Positions 18,060 to 32,959 of a stretch of DNA of 64,000 nt are shown piece after piece. Position numbers and translations under genes: made by a program. Origin of the DNA: the human T2T-CHM13v2.0 reference genome, Homo sapiens. The stretch lies in assembly GCF_009914755.1 (NCBI RefSeq), contig NC_060942.1; one strand, 5' to 3'. Position 1 is the stretch's first letter. Every line of letters starts with the position of its first letter. The notes under the pieces were generated by a model. It searched no databases and was not told where the DNA came from. It saw only the letters and a list, made by a program, of their open reading frames with translations.

Positions 18060-21000
18060 CTTGCTCTGATTAGGACTTCCAGCACTATGCTGACTGAAAG
18101 TGGTGACAGTAGTCATCCTTGTCTTTTTCCATTTCTCAAGGGGATTGGTTTCAGCTTTTGCCCATTCAGTATGATGTTGTCTGTAGATTTGTCATATATG
18201 GCTTTTATTATGTTGAGTTATTTCCCTTTGATGCCTAGTTCATTAAGTGTTTTTCATATGAAGCGTTATGGAATTTTATTAAAAGCTTTTTCTGCATCTT
18301 TTGATATAATCATGTTTTTTGTTTTTATTATGTTTTTGTGGTGAATCACATTTATTGATTTGTGTATGTTGAACCAGCCTTGCATTCTATCAATAAAGCC
18401 TACTTGATCATGTTGTATTAACTTTTGATGTGCTCCTAGATCAGTTGTTAGTATTTTGTTGAGCATTTTGGCATCTATGTTCATTAGGGATATTTGCCTG
18501 AAGTTTTCTTTTTTCATGTGTATCTGCCAGATTTTAGTATCAGGCTGATACTGGCTTCACAGAATGAGTTAGGGAGAAGCCTCCTTCCTTAATTTCTTGG
18601 AAAAGTTTCAGTAGGATTTGTATGACTTCTGCTTTGTATGTCTGACAAAACTCACCTATGAATCCATCTGGTCCAGGATTTTTTGGGTTGGTAGATAATT
18701 TATTATTAATTTAACTTCTGAGCTCAATATTGGTCTATTTGAGATTTCAATGTCTTCCTGATGCAATGTTGCAAGGTTGTATTTCCAGGAAATGACACAT
18801 TTCCTCCAGATTTTCTAATCTGTGTGCATAGAGTTGTTCATTGTATTCTCTGAGGCTCTTTCATATTTCTGTGGGATCAGATGTAATGTCATCTTTGTAA
18901 TTTCTGACTTTACTTATTTGGATCTTCTTTTTTTTTCTTTGTTAATCTAACTAGTGGTCTATCAATCTTGTTTATTTTTCCAAATGGAGAACTCTTAGTT
19001 TCAATGACTCTTTATACTGATTTTTGCATCTCAATTTCATTCAGTTCTTCTCTAAATTTAGTTACTTATTTTCTTCTGCTAGCTTTGGGTTGGCTTCTTT
19101 TTTTTTCTAGTTCCTTTACGTGCAAAATTAGATTGTTATTTTGAGATCTTTCTAACTGATTGATGAAGGCATTTAGTGATAGAAACTTTCCTCTTCACGC
19201 TGCTTTAGCTGCATCCCAGAGATTTTGGCAAGTTGTGTCTATATTTTCCTTAATTTCAAAGAATTGTTTGATTTCTGCCTTACAGTGTTCACCCATGAGT
19301 TATTCAGAAGTAAGTTGTTTAATTTCTATGTATGTGTATAGTTTTGAAACATTTTCTTGATATCAATTTATATTTTTATTGTACTATGGTCTGAGATTAT
19401 GCTTTGTGTGACTTCTATTTTTTTAATTTATTTAGACTTGCTTTATGAGCAAACATGTGGTTGATCTTAGAATATGTTTTATGTATAGATGAAAAGAATG
19501 TATATTCTTTGGTTGTTGGGTGGAGATTCTGTGGATGTCCATTATATCCAACTGGTTAAGTGTTAAGTTTAGGTCCAGAATTTGCTAGTTTTCTGCCTCA
19601 ATGATCCGTTTCATACTGTCAGTGGGGTTTGAAAGCCTCTATTATTGTGTTGCTGTCTAGGTCTTTTCATAAGCCAAGAAGAACTTGGTTTATGAATCTG
19701 ACTGCTGGGTACATATATATTTAGAATAGTTACGTCCTCATGTTGGATTGGACCATTTAACATTATGTAATGACCTTCTTTGTCTTTCTTAATTTTTATT
19801 GATATAAAATCTGTTTTATCTGATGTAAGAATAACGACTCCTGCTCTTTCTTGTTTTTTTTTGTTTGCATTGTAGATCTTTCTCCATCTTTTTACTTTGA
19901 GCATGTGGGGTTTGTTACACATGAGATGGGTTTTTTGAAGACAGCAGATGGTTGAGTCTTGTCTTTTTATCCATTCCGTCACTCTATGTCTTTTAAGTGA
20001 GCATTTAGTTCATTTACATTTAGTGTTAGAACGGATATGTGTGACTTTTATCCTGTCATTGTGTTGTTAGCTGATTGTTATGTGGACTTGATTGTGTGAT
20101 TGTTTTATATGGCCCGTGGGCTATGTGTTTAAGTGTGTTTTTGTGGTAGCAAGTGTCATTCTTTCAGTTTCATGTTTAGCATTCCCTTAAAGACATCTTG
20201 TAAGGCTGGTCTATTTGAGATGTATTACCTCAGCATTTGTCTGAGAAGAGTTTTATTTCTCCTTCACTTGTCAAGCTTGTTTGGTAGGTTATAAAATTCT
20301 TGTTTGGAATTCCCTTTCTTTAAGGATGCTGAAAACAGGCCCCCAATTTCTTCTGGCTTGTGAGGTTGCGAGATCTGCTACTAGCCTGATGGGGTTCCCT
20401 CTGTACATGACTTGACCCTCTCTCTAGCTGCCTTTAAGACTTTATTTTTTTGCCTTGAAGTTTGTGAATCTTATGACTATAAGCCTTGGGGATGTTGGGC
20501 CTGAATAGTGTACAGCCAGTCAATATTAGAAAAATTTTTGTGGACTAGATCCTTAAATACATTTGTCAAGTTGTTTATTTTTTCTCCTTTGTTCTCAGCA
20601 ATGTCAATAAGTCATAGATTTGGTCTCTTTATATAATCACATATTTCTTGGGGGTTTTGTTTATTTAAAAAAATTCTCTTTTCCATATTTTTGTCCAACT
20701 GAGTTGATCTGAAGAACCAGTCTTCGAGCTCTTAGATTCTTTCTTCAGCTTGTTTTATTCTGCTCTAATACTTTTCATTATATTATGAAATTTTTGTAAT
20801 GACTAATCTAACTTTTGAATTTTAGGTTTTTTTTTTCTTGAAATGGCTATTTTGTCTTTCAGCTCTTGGATAATTTTACTAGATTCTTTGAGTTCCTTGG
20901 ATTGGGTTTCAACTTCCTTCTGAATCTTGATGAGTTTCATTGCCATCCAGATTCTGAATTTTATGTCTGTCATTTCAAACTGGTTAAGAACCATTACTGG

Positions 21001-22129
21001 GGATCTAGTGGACTTCTTTGGAAGCAAGAGGACACTCCACGTTTTTGAATTACCAGTGTTCTTGAGCTTGTTCTTTTTCATCTGTGGGGTTGTGGGGGTG
21101 GGGATTGTTGTTCCTTTAACTGTGGTGTAATTTGAGTATAGTCACTTGGCTTCTTTCTGGATGCTTTAAGAGGGCCAAGCCTCTGCCCAGGGTGTTTATT
21201 TGTGGCTGAGTTCTTGCCCTGGGTTTCACATGGAGGAATTTTATGAAGATATTCTTGGTGTTGTAGTTTGGTTTGTGATCCAGTAGATGGTGCTTAAGAG
21301 TAATGGCTAGTGGATAGGCTCTTGGCCACATGGCAACTTCATATTTTCTTATATTTGTAGCCATGGTCTGTGGTGCATGGAGAGAGGTTAACCCCTCACC
21401 AGGTCCACTCGTAGGACTAGCGAGAGCCCCTTCCAATCACTGGCAATGTACCCACAATTCTTTTGTTAGGTATTTCAGGCTGCTGTGCTCCCTTGGGCAG
21501 AGGCTATGGCAGGAATATAGACCACACATTTCCAGGCTGACCCTGCAGAGGGAGACATGCTCCACTCCCAGAGCAGCCCGAAAAACTGCAGGACTCACCC
21601 CTCTCAGTGTTCTGAAAGTGTAGGCTCCTCTCCTGCTCAGGTGCTGGCCACAGATCTTAGCTTGGCATTCTCAAACTGCACCTTAGCTCTGGGGTGAGCT
21701 CAGGCTTTTTGTTCCTTTCTCAGCTTGGGGGTAGCAGAGGCAGGAACCTCCTCAGCAACAATAGCAGAGGTCCTCTCAGTTGTTTCTGGAAGTTCCACCC
21801 CCGAGAACACCAAGCCACTGCCAATCAGAGTGATCAGCTGGTGTGGGGTGGCTGTGCTGTGTGCCCAAGGTGCTATGGTGTTGGGCCCTGCCTGGTAAAG
21901 ATCAGGGGGTCAGAGTCTTACAGGAAAGACAGTCTAGCCTCTTCTCCATGGGGCTGCTGCTGAAAGTGCAGCCAGGGCAATCTGGATCTTGGAGTGTTCA
22001 GCCAGGGTTGGAGTGGCTGAGCTGTGGCCCCAAGCCAGGGGAGGTAGGAAAAGCAGGGGAGGTAGAGGCTTGCAGGGAAGACAGTCTGGCCTCCTTTCCA
22101 TAGGATGTCCGCTGCCTTCTATACGCATG

Positions 22130-22498
22130 TGATATGGTTTGGCTGTATCGCCATCCAAATCTCATTTTGAATTGTAACTCCCACAATTCCCACATGTCGT
22201 GGGAGGAACGAGGTGGGTGGTGATTGAATTATGGGGGCAGGTCTTTTCTGCATTGTTCTCATGATAGTGAATGAGTCTCATGAGAGCTGATGGTTTAACA
22301 AATGGGAGTTTCCCTGCACAAGTTCTCCTTTTGCCTGCTGCCATCCATGTAAGATGTGACTTGCTGTTCCTTGCCTTCCACCATGATTGTGAAGCCTCCC
22401 TAGCCATGTAGAACTCTAAGTCCAATAAACCTCTTTCTTTTGTAAAGTGCCCAGTCTCAGGTATGTCTCCAGCAGCAGCGTGAAAATGGACTAATACA
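22130..22498 (+). mobile_element. THE1 (THE1B-like) MaLR solo LTR
   Basis: tgatatggtttggctgt...ggactaataca with 5-bp TSD gcatg (22125-22129, 22499-22503). Confidence 0.93.
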
Positions 22499-25400
22499 GC
22501 ATGCAAAAGCAGTCAGACCCTTTGTTCCCTCCCTAGCCTGGGAAGACCAATGGTGGGTACCACTGTGGTGGCAATGACAGAGAGCCTGCCAGTTGTTTCT
22601 GTTAGCTCTACCCCAGAGAAATGCAGAGCTGCCACCAAGTGATCAGGCCAGGGTGGGGCAGTTGTGCTGGTGGCCCATGCTGGGAGGCCCTGCCCAGTGA
22701 GAAGTAGCAGGGGGGCAGCATGTGTAAAATAATCAGGCTACTTTTCCCTATATCAGCTGTGGTGTGTTGGAGGAGCTCTTTGCTCCCTCCCCAGCCTGAG
22801 GGCAGCAGGGATGGGCAGTGGTAATCACAACAGGCCTGTTAGTTACCTCCGGGAACTCTAACCCAGAGAAACGGAGTGCCAGAGACCTGCTGGAGTGCTG
22901 AGGAGGAGATGGGGTGGCTGCACTGGCATCCCAGGGCAGTTTGCTTTGCCTGGTGAGGTGCAGCAGAGGCAGACCCTACAGTTCATCAGTTCCTCAGCAC
23001 CATGGATACAGCCCCTATCCTACGGGCATAGGAGAGAGCCTGGCCTCCCTTTTTGGCAGGATTATTGAAGCTGGTTTATTGGACTTACAGTTCTACATGG
23101 CTGGAGAGGCTTCACAATCATGGTGGAAGGGTACTCAGGGATCTAACGCCCACAGGGTCCCACATGGGCCTGAGCAGCAACTCTGCCCAGACCCCAGGTA
23201 ACTCTCTGTGTCAGTCTGGAGGCATGGGGAGGTCATGGGAGATCTCCTGTGCCCAGGATTGCAAAGGTCCATGGCAGAAGTGTGGGTCCCTGGGGGCTCT
23301 CACTTTTTTACCCTTGCGCCCTGGTAGGAAGCCTTCCCTAGATCGGCACCAATCCCTGGTGGGCGGCTGTCCTGCCTTGCTCTTGTCTGCTCTCCGTGGG
23401 TCACTACTACTTCCTTGATGAATCCTAATGTTGACTCCTGGATGATCTACTTGAATAACTACTGCTTACTCCCCATTTTGTCTCCTCTCTGTGAAAGTGA
23501 TACACCATAGCTGCTTTTACTCAGCCGTCTTGGCACTGCTCCTTTCTGCAGTTTCATTAGATGGCAGATAGGTTTTTTATTTCAAGCTTTTCTCTTTTCA
23601 TATTATAGACATCAGAGGTACAATTTTTCCTTTTAGCATAGCTTTAACTGCATCCCACGAATTTTTATGTGTATTTTATTATTATTTAATTTGATTATTT
23701 TCTAATGGATTTAAGAGTGTATTGTCTTATTTCCAAATACTTGAATGTTTCTAGATATCTTCCTGCTGTTAAATAGTAATGTAATTGTTCTGTGGTCAGG
23801 AAATATACAGTTGAGCCTTGAACAACATGAGTTTGAACTGCACGGGTCCACTTATATGCAAATTTTTTCTCAATAAATATATGGGAAATTTTTTTGGAGG
23901 TTAATGACAATTTAATAAAAAAACTCACAGATAATCTGTGTAGCCTAGACATATTTAAAAAAAAAAGTTAGGTATGTCAGGAATGCATAAAATATATGTA
24001 AAAACTAGTCTATTTATTATTTACTACCAAAAAATATACACAAATCTATTATAAGATGTTAAAATTAAAAATAAAAACTCACAAATACTTATAGACTATA
24101 CATGGCATCTCTTGACTACATGGTAGTCAAGAGAAATGTAAACAAATATAAAGTTGCATTATTAAATCATAATTGCATAAAATTTACTATAATATATACT
24201 GTACTACAGTAATAATTTTGTAGCCATGGCCTGTTGCTATTGTAGTGAGCTCAAGCAGTTCGTCTCTCCAGTAAATTGTGTGCCACAGTAAAAAGTGATC
24301 TCTTGCAGTTCTTGCGTATTTTTAATTATATTTAAAGCAACACCATACACTATAAACCTTGAATAACACCATAGGATCCACACAAAATACCACTAATGAT
24401 ACCGGAAGTGTTCCCAAGAAGCAGAAAAATGTCATGACATAACAAAAAAAAAAGTTAAATTGTTTGTTACTTCTTGTAGATTAAGGTCTGCAACTATGGT
24501 TTCCCACTATTTCAAGATAAATAAATCCAGTTTAAAGAGTTCTGTTTAAAAAAATAAAAAAAGAAAGAAAAAGAAATTCCTGAATATATTCCTGCAGCTA
24601 TGCTAGCATGCACAAAATCCTTGTACTTTTTGTTAAATACCTTTGATACCTCTTATTTTAAATACAACTTTCGTGTGGGTGCAGCATTACTATAAGAAAG
24701 GCATACCTAAAGACTCTAATATGATTTGAGAAAAAGTCATTATATGGCAACTTAAAGCAAAACATTGGTGAAAAATCTAAAGCTGAATAATTTAATGCCA
24801 GTAAAGGATGGTTCGATATTTTTAGAAAGATATTTGGCTTTAAAAATGTCAAGGCAACAGGAGAAGCAGGCTCTGCTGACCAAGAGGCAGCAGACAAGTT
24901 CCCAGACACCATTAAGAAAATTATTGAGGAGAGAGAATGTCTGCCTAAACAAGTTTTTAATGCAAACTAAAGTTCCCTATTCTAGAAAGAAAGAAAAAAA
25001 AAGATGCCACAAAGGACATTTACGAATAGAAAAGAGAAGTGATTACCTGGATTTAAGGCAGGAAACTATATGCTAACTACTGTTTTGTGCAAATGCAGTT
25101 GGGTTTATGATTAGGACTTGCCCTTATTTATAAAACTGCTAACCCCCATGGAAAAGATAAACACCAGTTACCAGTCTTTTGGTTGTACAGCAAGAAGGTC
25201 GGAAAAGCAAGAAATCTTTTTCTGGATTGGTTCCATTAATGCTTTGTGACTTCTCCTGTGGAACAGAGATACCCCATAGGCAATGTACAGAGAGTAGCAG
25301 CATATGGAAGGTTTGCATCATATTTATACTCACATTAATGACATCCTAACTAAGGGGCAAGTTATTCAGAAATAGCCAGAAAATGGGCAGTAACTTCCAG

Positions 25401-25849
25401 GCATTGCCATGGCATTGGTAAACTGTCATAGCACTGGTTGGAGTACCTTACAGTGATGGGCAGCAAGAGCAACAGGAGGGGCTTTAAGCACCTCTTCCCA
25501 GTTTGGGCCAGTCTTCAATCTGATCAGAAGATGAATCTGCCTGCCTCCTAGCCTCATTTCCAACTTAGAGATTAGATATTTCTCTTTAATCTTAAAGGGA
25601 TTGCAGATGGGCAGAGGTCTATCTTCTGTAATTGTTTCCTAATGGTTTTATGGGCATAGGCCCTGCCTAGCGTTGCATTGGAGGAGTAAAAAAATCTCTG
25701 GATACCTGATCTAAGGGGCCCAAAGGCAGGATGTTTTTATTCTCTGGGTCAGAAGACAAGACGTATTGGAATCTTTGTACCAGTATTGTCTTTACATGGA
25801 ACTGTTGTAATCTAGAAGGCAGAAACCCTTTTAAGAGATAAATCAGCAG

Positions 25850-26202
25850 GAGCTAAAAATTAGTATTAACAAGTTAGCTAATTAAAGATCCTAGAACAGG
25901 TAAAAAACAGGTGAGATTTGGAAGGGTATTTTTGATAGTTAACCACTATCAAAAATAGTCAACTGCTAGTTGGGGTCAGTGCCCTGGTCATATGTATGTA
26001 ACCAGGTAGATTGCTCATTGATCTTTTGAATGTTAACTTCAACCTGTCTAGAGTTGTAAATATACTTGCAGAAGGTTTTATTCATAATTGCAAAGATGCT
26101 ACCTTGATCAGCTAGTAAATAATCCAATGCTAGTCTGTTATCAAGGACTATCTTTGCCAAAGAGTCTAGGGACTCTTGAATTCCCTTTGCTTGACACATC
26201 AA
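25850..26202 (-). pseudogene. env: ERV env transmembrane-subunit relic
   Basis: SLDSLAKIVLDNRLALDYLLADQG is the gammaretroviral TM immunosuppressive domain. The CX6CC motif is degraded (IFAIMNKTFC). Confidence 0.85.
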
Positions 26203-26239
26203 GGGTTACCCAAGGCTCCTCTGTGGAGATAGTAAGGAG

Positions 26240-27778
26240 TCCAGTGGGAGCGGGAGAGGACCTTGGGCTGTGTTCTCTGTTCTCTTGGCCATTATGGGTC
26301 TGGGTGGCCCAGACTCCCTTTTAAGCTTGGAGCAGTTCTTTCCTTTTAGCTTTAATTTTGGCCGAGGGTTTAGTGAGTTGGGGAATCTTGTCTAGGCATC
26401 GCAGAAGCCAATTTTGCCATGTTTCCTCAGGATGGGTAACCTGGAGGCAGCAGGAGGCTTAAATACACTAACAATTGTACAGTTTGGCCAGTTCTTTTGG
26501 TTTTTGCTTCTTTCTCTGTCCTGTCCCTATTGTTGTAAAGCCCAAAGGCCATTTCTAAAAATTGCCTCATAGGGCACACTGCTGCCTTTTGTAACTTCCT
26601 CTTAATGTCAGGGACAGGCTGAGTAATGAAATGCACACCCCGGAGAAGAACTCACCTTTCTAGGGAGTCTGGGTCTGCATTAGTATATTTCCTGAGTGCC
26701 TCAAACAAGTGGCTCTGAAACAGGTTGGGATTTTTATATTTCCCCTGAGTTATTTCTCTAAACTTGTCATAACCGTCGTTACACATTTTTAAATATTCTC
26801 TATGAAACAAGCTAGCATGTGATTGCATTTGAGACACTGGGAACCCCTCTGGTAATCCCACTGGGGGGCATCTAGATCTGGAACCACATCTCCTCCCACA
26901 CAACAAATGGCATAGCCTTGATTATGAGTGGCCATTCCATCTGCATGTTCATGGGCAGTACTTGGAATCCTTTCTTTTTCATCTATGGTATAAGAAGTGG
27001 ATAATAATAAATATTTACATGTCATGCCAAGTTAAGTCAAAAGACTTGGCCAACTTAACAAACTCCTCTTTAAACATCCCTGAATTCTCTGAAAACTGGC
27101 AATTTTTTTTCCTTGCATAAAGCCAACAGAAATGGAAAAAGACACACATACTTAACTATTCCCCCATCTCCAACAGCCACCTCCTGTATTGAACGTAGTT
27201 TCAATTTTAGGGGCTGATAGGGGGCCCCACTCCTTTTGGTACTGGTTGGACTTACTTCCTTGGACAGTGGTATAGGCTAGGGCTTGTTGGTTAAGAGGGA
27301 GGAGTGCCTGATGACGTTAGGGTGGAATCCTGTGCTAAAGAACTGGCAAGGCTCCCCTCAGAATTGAAGGTCTGAGGAGGCTCCAAGAGGAGCATAGGCC
27401 TTCTAGGGGGAGCAGCTAAGAGGGGGTCATCTAGGATACCCAGTGTGGCTTCCTGGTTCCAGGGACTATTACGAGCTAGATACATTTTACTGCTATCCCT
27501 TAGGGTCAGGGTCCTGGCAGAGAGCTATAAAAGCTTGCACATAAGGAAATTCTCCCTATTTTTCTTCCATTTTACAAAATAACTATAATTGTAAAATAAC
27601 ATTATAATGTAAAGAACCATATATAGGCCAAAAGTGTTGGTTCTCCAATCTGTATTGGACTCAAATAGCATTCCAATAGAATATGAGAATTTTCTTTTTT
27701 AAACTGTATAGATTTGCTCCAATTGCCTAAAAGACACCTTAATGGCAAGTCTTCTGGGATGCTCACTATAGTCCCCAT
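26240..27778 (-). pseudogene. gag: ERV gag relic, frameshifted
   Basis: ATG at 27778 gives MGTIVSIPEDLPLRCLLGNW (matrix-like). Capsid motifs ITQGKYKNPNLFQSHLFEALRKYT and HFITQPVPDIKRKLQK. Confidence 0.85.
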
Positions 27779-28679
27779 ATTTAGTAAGGATCACTGCAGG
27801 AAATTTTAGTTGGCCTAAGTCTAACAAACGCCTAGTTACTTTTTCCTTTTAAATTTACACTTTTTTCAAAGAAGTTGTAAATGTAGATGGCAAAGAGTTA
27901 CAAAAGTTAATGGGTAGTAGAATGATGAGCCTGAATTTCACAGAAAGTAAAGTAGAGCCTTAATTTGGGCAAAGAGGGGCCAAACAGATAGTGATCATGG
28001 AAGGGAAGAAGGGAAGCGGTGAAGAGCATTGCTCAAGGGGAGACCTCAGAGGCCCTGACTTGCTGGAGAACCTACCCAGCAGTGGAGACCCTGAAAAATA
28101 TGTTTGGGAAGCTGCTTATCTACCACTCTAGGTAGCTAACTGTCAGCCAAAGGGTCTGGTAACTTCCAGTGTCTTCTACTAAGATGGGCTTCAGCGAAGC
28201 AGTTTTTGGACAGAAAGGAAGACAGCACACAAGAAGGGGCCCACAACTGGCTGTTCCAGAAAATAATAACTTCTAACTTCAGGGCAGAAAAGGTGAGACC
28301 AAGATTCCCTTGAGGGGGTGGGGTGTGGCTGCAACCCACTATCCTAGAGGGAATGTCAATGCTGAAAACCCCAGAGCATCTGGGCAGCAGCCAACAGTGC
28401 CAATACCAAAAATCCCAGAGTACCTATATATTGGCCAATGAAGTTCCCCTCACCAAATGCAAAAAGTCCAGAGTACCCAACTTGTGACCAATAGTGAACC
28501 CAATGCCAAGGGTCACAGAACAACCTGACTCTGTCATCCAAGGGTCAACACAATGGGAGATTTCTCACAACCAAGTGACTTACATTAAACAATTGCCCAA
28601 ATATAGTTAACAGGGAGTCAAAACAAAAACAAACCAAAAACTACAAATGGAACATACATTTTATAAAATAAATAAAATA

Positions 28680-29463
<784 letters not shown>

Positions 29464-31591
29464 TGGTTGGTGGAGCAATTCAATGATGTTAGAGGAGAAA
29501 AGACCAGGGGAAGTGATGAAAAGGAGGTACTTCTATTTGGGTACCTAAATGACAAAGAACTTTTAAACTGACCACATATTCACAGGCTTTTTTCCCTGGC
29601 TCACCCAATATCATCAAGAGGGTTGGGGTGGGGGTGCAGAGGGGACACTCACCTGTCCACAAAAGCCAAAATGCCATTGACCAGCCTTCTCCATGGGACC
29701 CAGGTGAAGGCCTCTCCAAGTTCTCCTGGCTTAGGTGGGCTTGGCTGCCATAGGGGGCCCAGCACTAAGACTGGTGACCTGCCAGCCAGAGTAGTGGGTC
29801 TTACACAAGGCGGTAGCATTAAGAATGCTCACCTGTCCACTCAGCTCCATCACCTGCCGGGAAAGAGGATGGCTCTGAAAAGAGCCTTTGGTTAGTGTTA
29901 CAATTCTCTGCAGTGCTAGTAGCTCTTTGGAATTACAGCCTCAGTATTACACCTCATGCAGCTTTCATCACTGATTGCCTCACCATCTCTCACTGACTCA
30001 CCAGTCATCACCTCTCTGCTTCTCATCTTGCTGATCACAGACTGCCATCTCTCATTGTCACCTCACTGATCACCATCTCTCCTAGTTTCTCTCCTTGCTT
30101 CTCTGCCCTCCTCACTGGATGGCCACAGATGCAGGGAGGTTCTTGACTTTACTCAGGAAAGAATTCAAGAGCAGCATTTACCCTATAGGCAGTGCACCGA
30201 GAGCTGCAACCTATGAGCAGTTTCTAGTCACATTTATACCCACTTTTAATGACGTACTAATTAAGGGGTGTGTTGTTCAGAAGTAGCTAGAAAATGGGTG
30301 ATGACTTCTGGGTGTTGCCATGGCAAGGGGTAGTAACTTCTGGGGATTGACATGGTGTTGATAAACTGGCATGGTGCTGGTAGGCACTGAGAGCAATGGG
30401 AGGTGCTTTTTGTGCCTCTTCCTGGTTTTGGTCAGTCTTCAATTTGGTCTGAAGATGCAGCCTGCCTGCCTCCTACCTCAAAAGTGGTCTACTTCCTTTA
30501 AACATACTTCTCTAATTCAGCCTCTGAAGGACAGGGTCATAAGGACGTTTAAGGGTCCTTACACAGTATACTGCTTGGAAAGGATTATCAGCTCTATTAA
30601 AGAGGATGCAAATAGTACATCATGAATATCTGGAAAGCTTCTATCATTAAAGATGACATTGTCGTTGCAGAAAAATAAAGTCTGTCAAGCCCAAAGCGAT
30701 ATATTCTTGCTGGAAAAACTTGTGTTCAGATGTTTTGTATGACTTCACAGGATTTACAAGAGAGCTAATCAAGATGGTGAATATGACAAAAAAAAAGGAA
30801 GAAGGGTTTCAAGATAGGGATCTTGGAGAAATTCAAGAGCTAATAGACACCACCCCAGGGGAATTAACAGAAGATGACCTGATGGAGATGAATGCTTCTG
30901 AACCAGTGCCAGATAATGAGGAAAAAAAGAAAGCAGTTCCAGAAAAGAAATTGACATTAGACGATCTGGCATAAGCATTCTCATTATTCAAGACTGCTTT
31001 GACTTTTTTCACGACACAAACCCTTCTACGATACAGGCATTGAAACTGTTGAAACTAAAGTAAATGGTGGAAGAAAGCTTGATATTGTATTAAAAAATTT
31101 AAGAAATAGCAAAAAAATAAAAACCAGTAATGACGATGTGGTTTTGTAATCTTACATCTACTCTGCCTGTCTTTCCTACCTTCCCTTTCACCTCCTCCAC
31201 ATCCTCTGCATTTGCCACCCCTGAAACAGCAAGACCAGCCTATTCTCTTCCTCCTCAGCCTATTCAATGTAAAAGATGGTAAGGATGAAGTTCTCTATAA
31301 TGATCCACTTACACTTAATAAATAGTAAATGCATTTTCTCTTCCTTGTGGTTTTCTTAGTAATATTTTTCTCTAGCTTACTTTATTGTAGAATACAGTGG
31401 ATTTTATATACATATATATATATAAAACATGTATATATTAATTGATTGTGTATGTTATTGGTAAGGCTTCCAGTCAACAGTAGGCTATAGTAGTTAAATT
31501 TTGAGGAAATCAAAAGTTAAAAGTGAATTTTCAACTGCACAGAGGGTGGGTTCACCTGACACCCAATTGTTCAAGTGTCAGCTGTACTCTC

Positions 31592-32417
31592 TGCGTTGGT
31601 TAATTGTATATGTTAACATTAGGGGTGTTTTAAATTATATTAATACTTAAATCAGAACTTTGAGTAAACAGATTACCCTCCATAATGTAGGTGGGCCTCA
31701 TTCAATCAGTTGAAGGCCTGAATAACACAATAAAAAAAATTAAAAAAATAAAAAACAGTGTTCTACTGCAAGAGGAAATTCCCCAGCATGCTGTCTTCTC
31801 ACTTTATCTGCAACACTGGCTTTCCTGGGTCTCAAGCCTGCCAGCCCACCCTTTATATTTGAACTTGCCAGCCTTTGGAACGTGATACATATTTGTATCT
31901 CTTAAAAAAGAGAGAATATAAATGTGTCTGTATAGAAAGAGAGAGAGACACACATACACACATACATTATATACATATATATATACACACATATGTTGTA
32001 TTAATCCATTTTCACACTGATGATAAAACATACCTGAGACTGGGTAATTTATAAAGAAAAAGAGGTTTAATAGACTCACAGTTCCATGTGGCTGGGGAGG
32101 CCTCACAATCATGGCAGAAGGTGAAAGGCATGTCTTACATGGCAGCAGTCAAGAGAGAATGAGAGAAAAGCAAAAGAGAAAACCCCTATAAAATCATCAG
32201 ATCTCATGAGACTTATTCACTACCATGAGAACAGTATGGGGGAAACTGCCCTTATGATTAAATTATTTCCCACTGGGTCCCTCCCACAGTGTGTGGAAAT
32301 TATGGTAGCTGTAATTCAAGATGAGATATGGGTGGAGACACAGCCAAACCATATCACATGTATGTATACATACGGAATCTATTTGTTCTGTTTCTCTGGA
32401 GAACACTGATTAATATA
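31592..32417 (+). mobile_element. MLT2-family ERVL solo LTR, interrupted by THE1
   Basis: gagtaaacagattaccctccataatgtaggtgggcctcattcaatcagttgaaggcctgaata ... ttctgtttctctggagaacactgattaata. Confidence 0.8.
31997..32356 (-). mobile_element. THE1 (THE1C-like) solo LTR
   Basis: tgtattaatccattttcacac...cagccaaaccatatca with TSD tatgt / catgt. Confidence 0.92.
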
Positions 32418-32426
32418 CTCTCTCTC

Positions 32427-32628
32427 ATAGTTTCTCAACCTGAGCACTATTCTTTGTTGTAGAGGCCTCCTTGTGTATTGTAGTATGTTTAGAAGTTCCC
32501 TGGTATCTACATAATAAATTCTAGTAATACCCTCTCCTCCAGTTGCAACAACCAAAAATGTCTTTAGACATTGTTTAAAGTCCTCAAGATGGAGAGTGGA
32601 CAACATTGTTCTTTAGTGAGAACTACTC
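32427..32628 (-). mobile_element. MER20 (hAT-Charlie) MITE
   Basis: ttctcaacctgagcactatt...caaccaaaaatgtctttagacattg...tgagaactact. Confidence 0.75.
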
Positions 32629-32959
32629 CTCTAGATGACCTTGATCCTACTAAACATATTTAGACTTATTTTATGGCTCCACATATGTTCTATCTTGGTC
32701 CATGTACCCTGTGTACTTGAAAATAATTTTTATTCTGGGATAATAATTTTTGAGTTAGGAATATAATTTTCTGTAGAAATAAATTGTGCCAAAGTAGTGA
32801 TAGTGCAATTGAGAGCTTCTTTAATTTTATAAGATCCTATCTATTTATAACCTCAATTCCTGATAGGAGAGTCTTAACACCTCCAAATATGATCATGGAC
32901 TTATCCATTCCTCATTTTAATTCTGTGAACTTTTGTTTTACATATTTTTGAGAATTTCT

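Noticed and set aside
21116-23418. Cluster of GC-rich ORFs up to 121 aa
   Set aside because: They lie in the L1 5'UTR and THE1 LTR; GC-rich repeat sequence is stop-poor and shows no domain motifs.
25966-26202. env ORF as a domesticated syncytin-like gene
   Set aside because: Only a short TM remnant: no signal peptide, SU or furin site, a broken CX6CC, and a stop before the membrane anchor.
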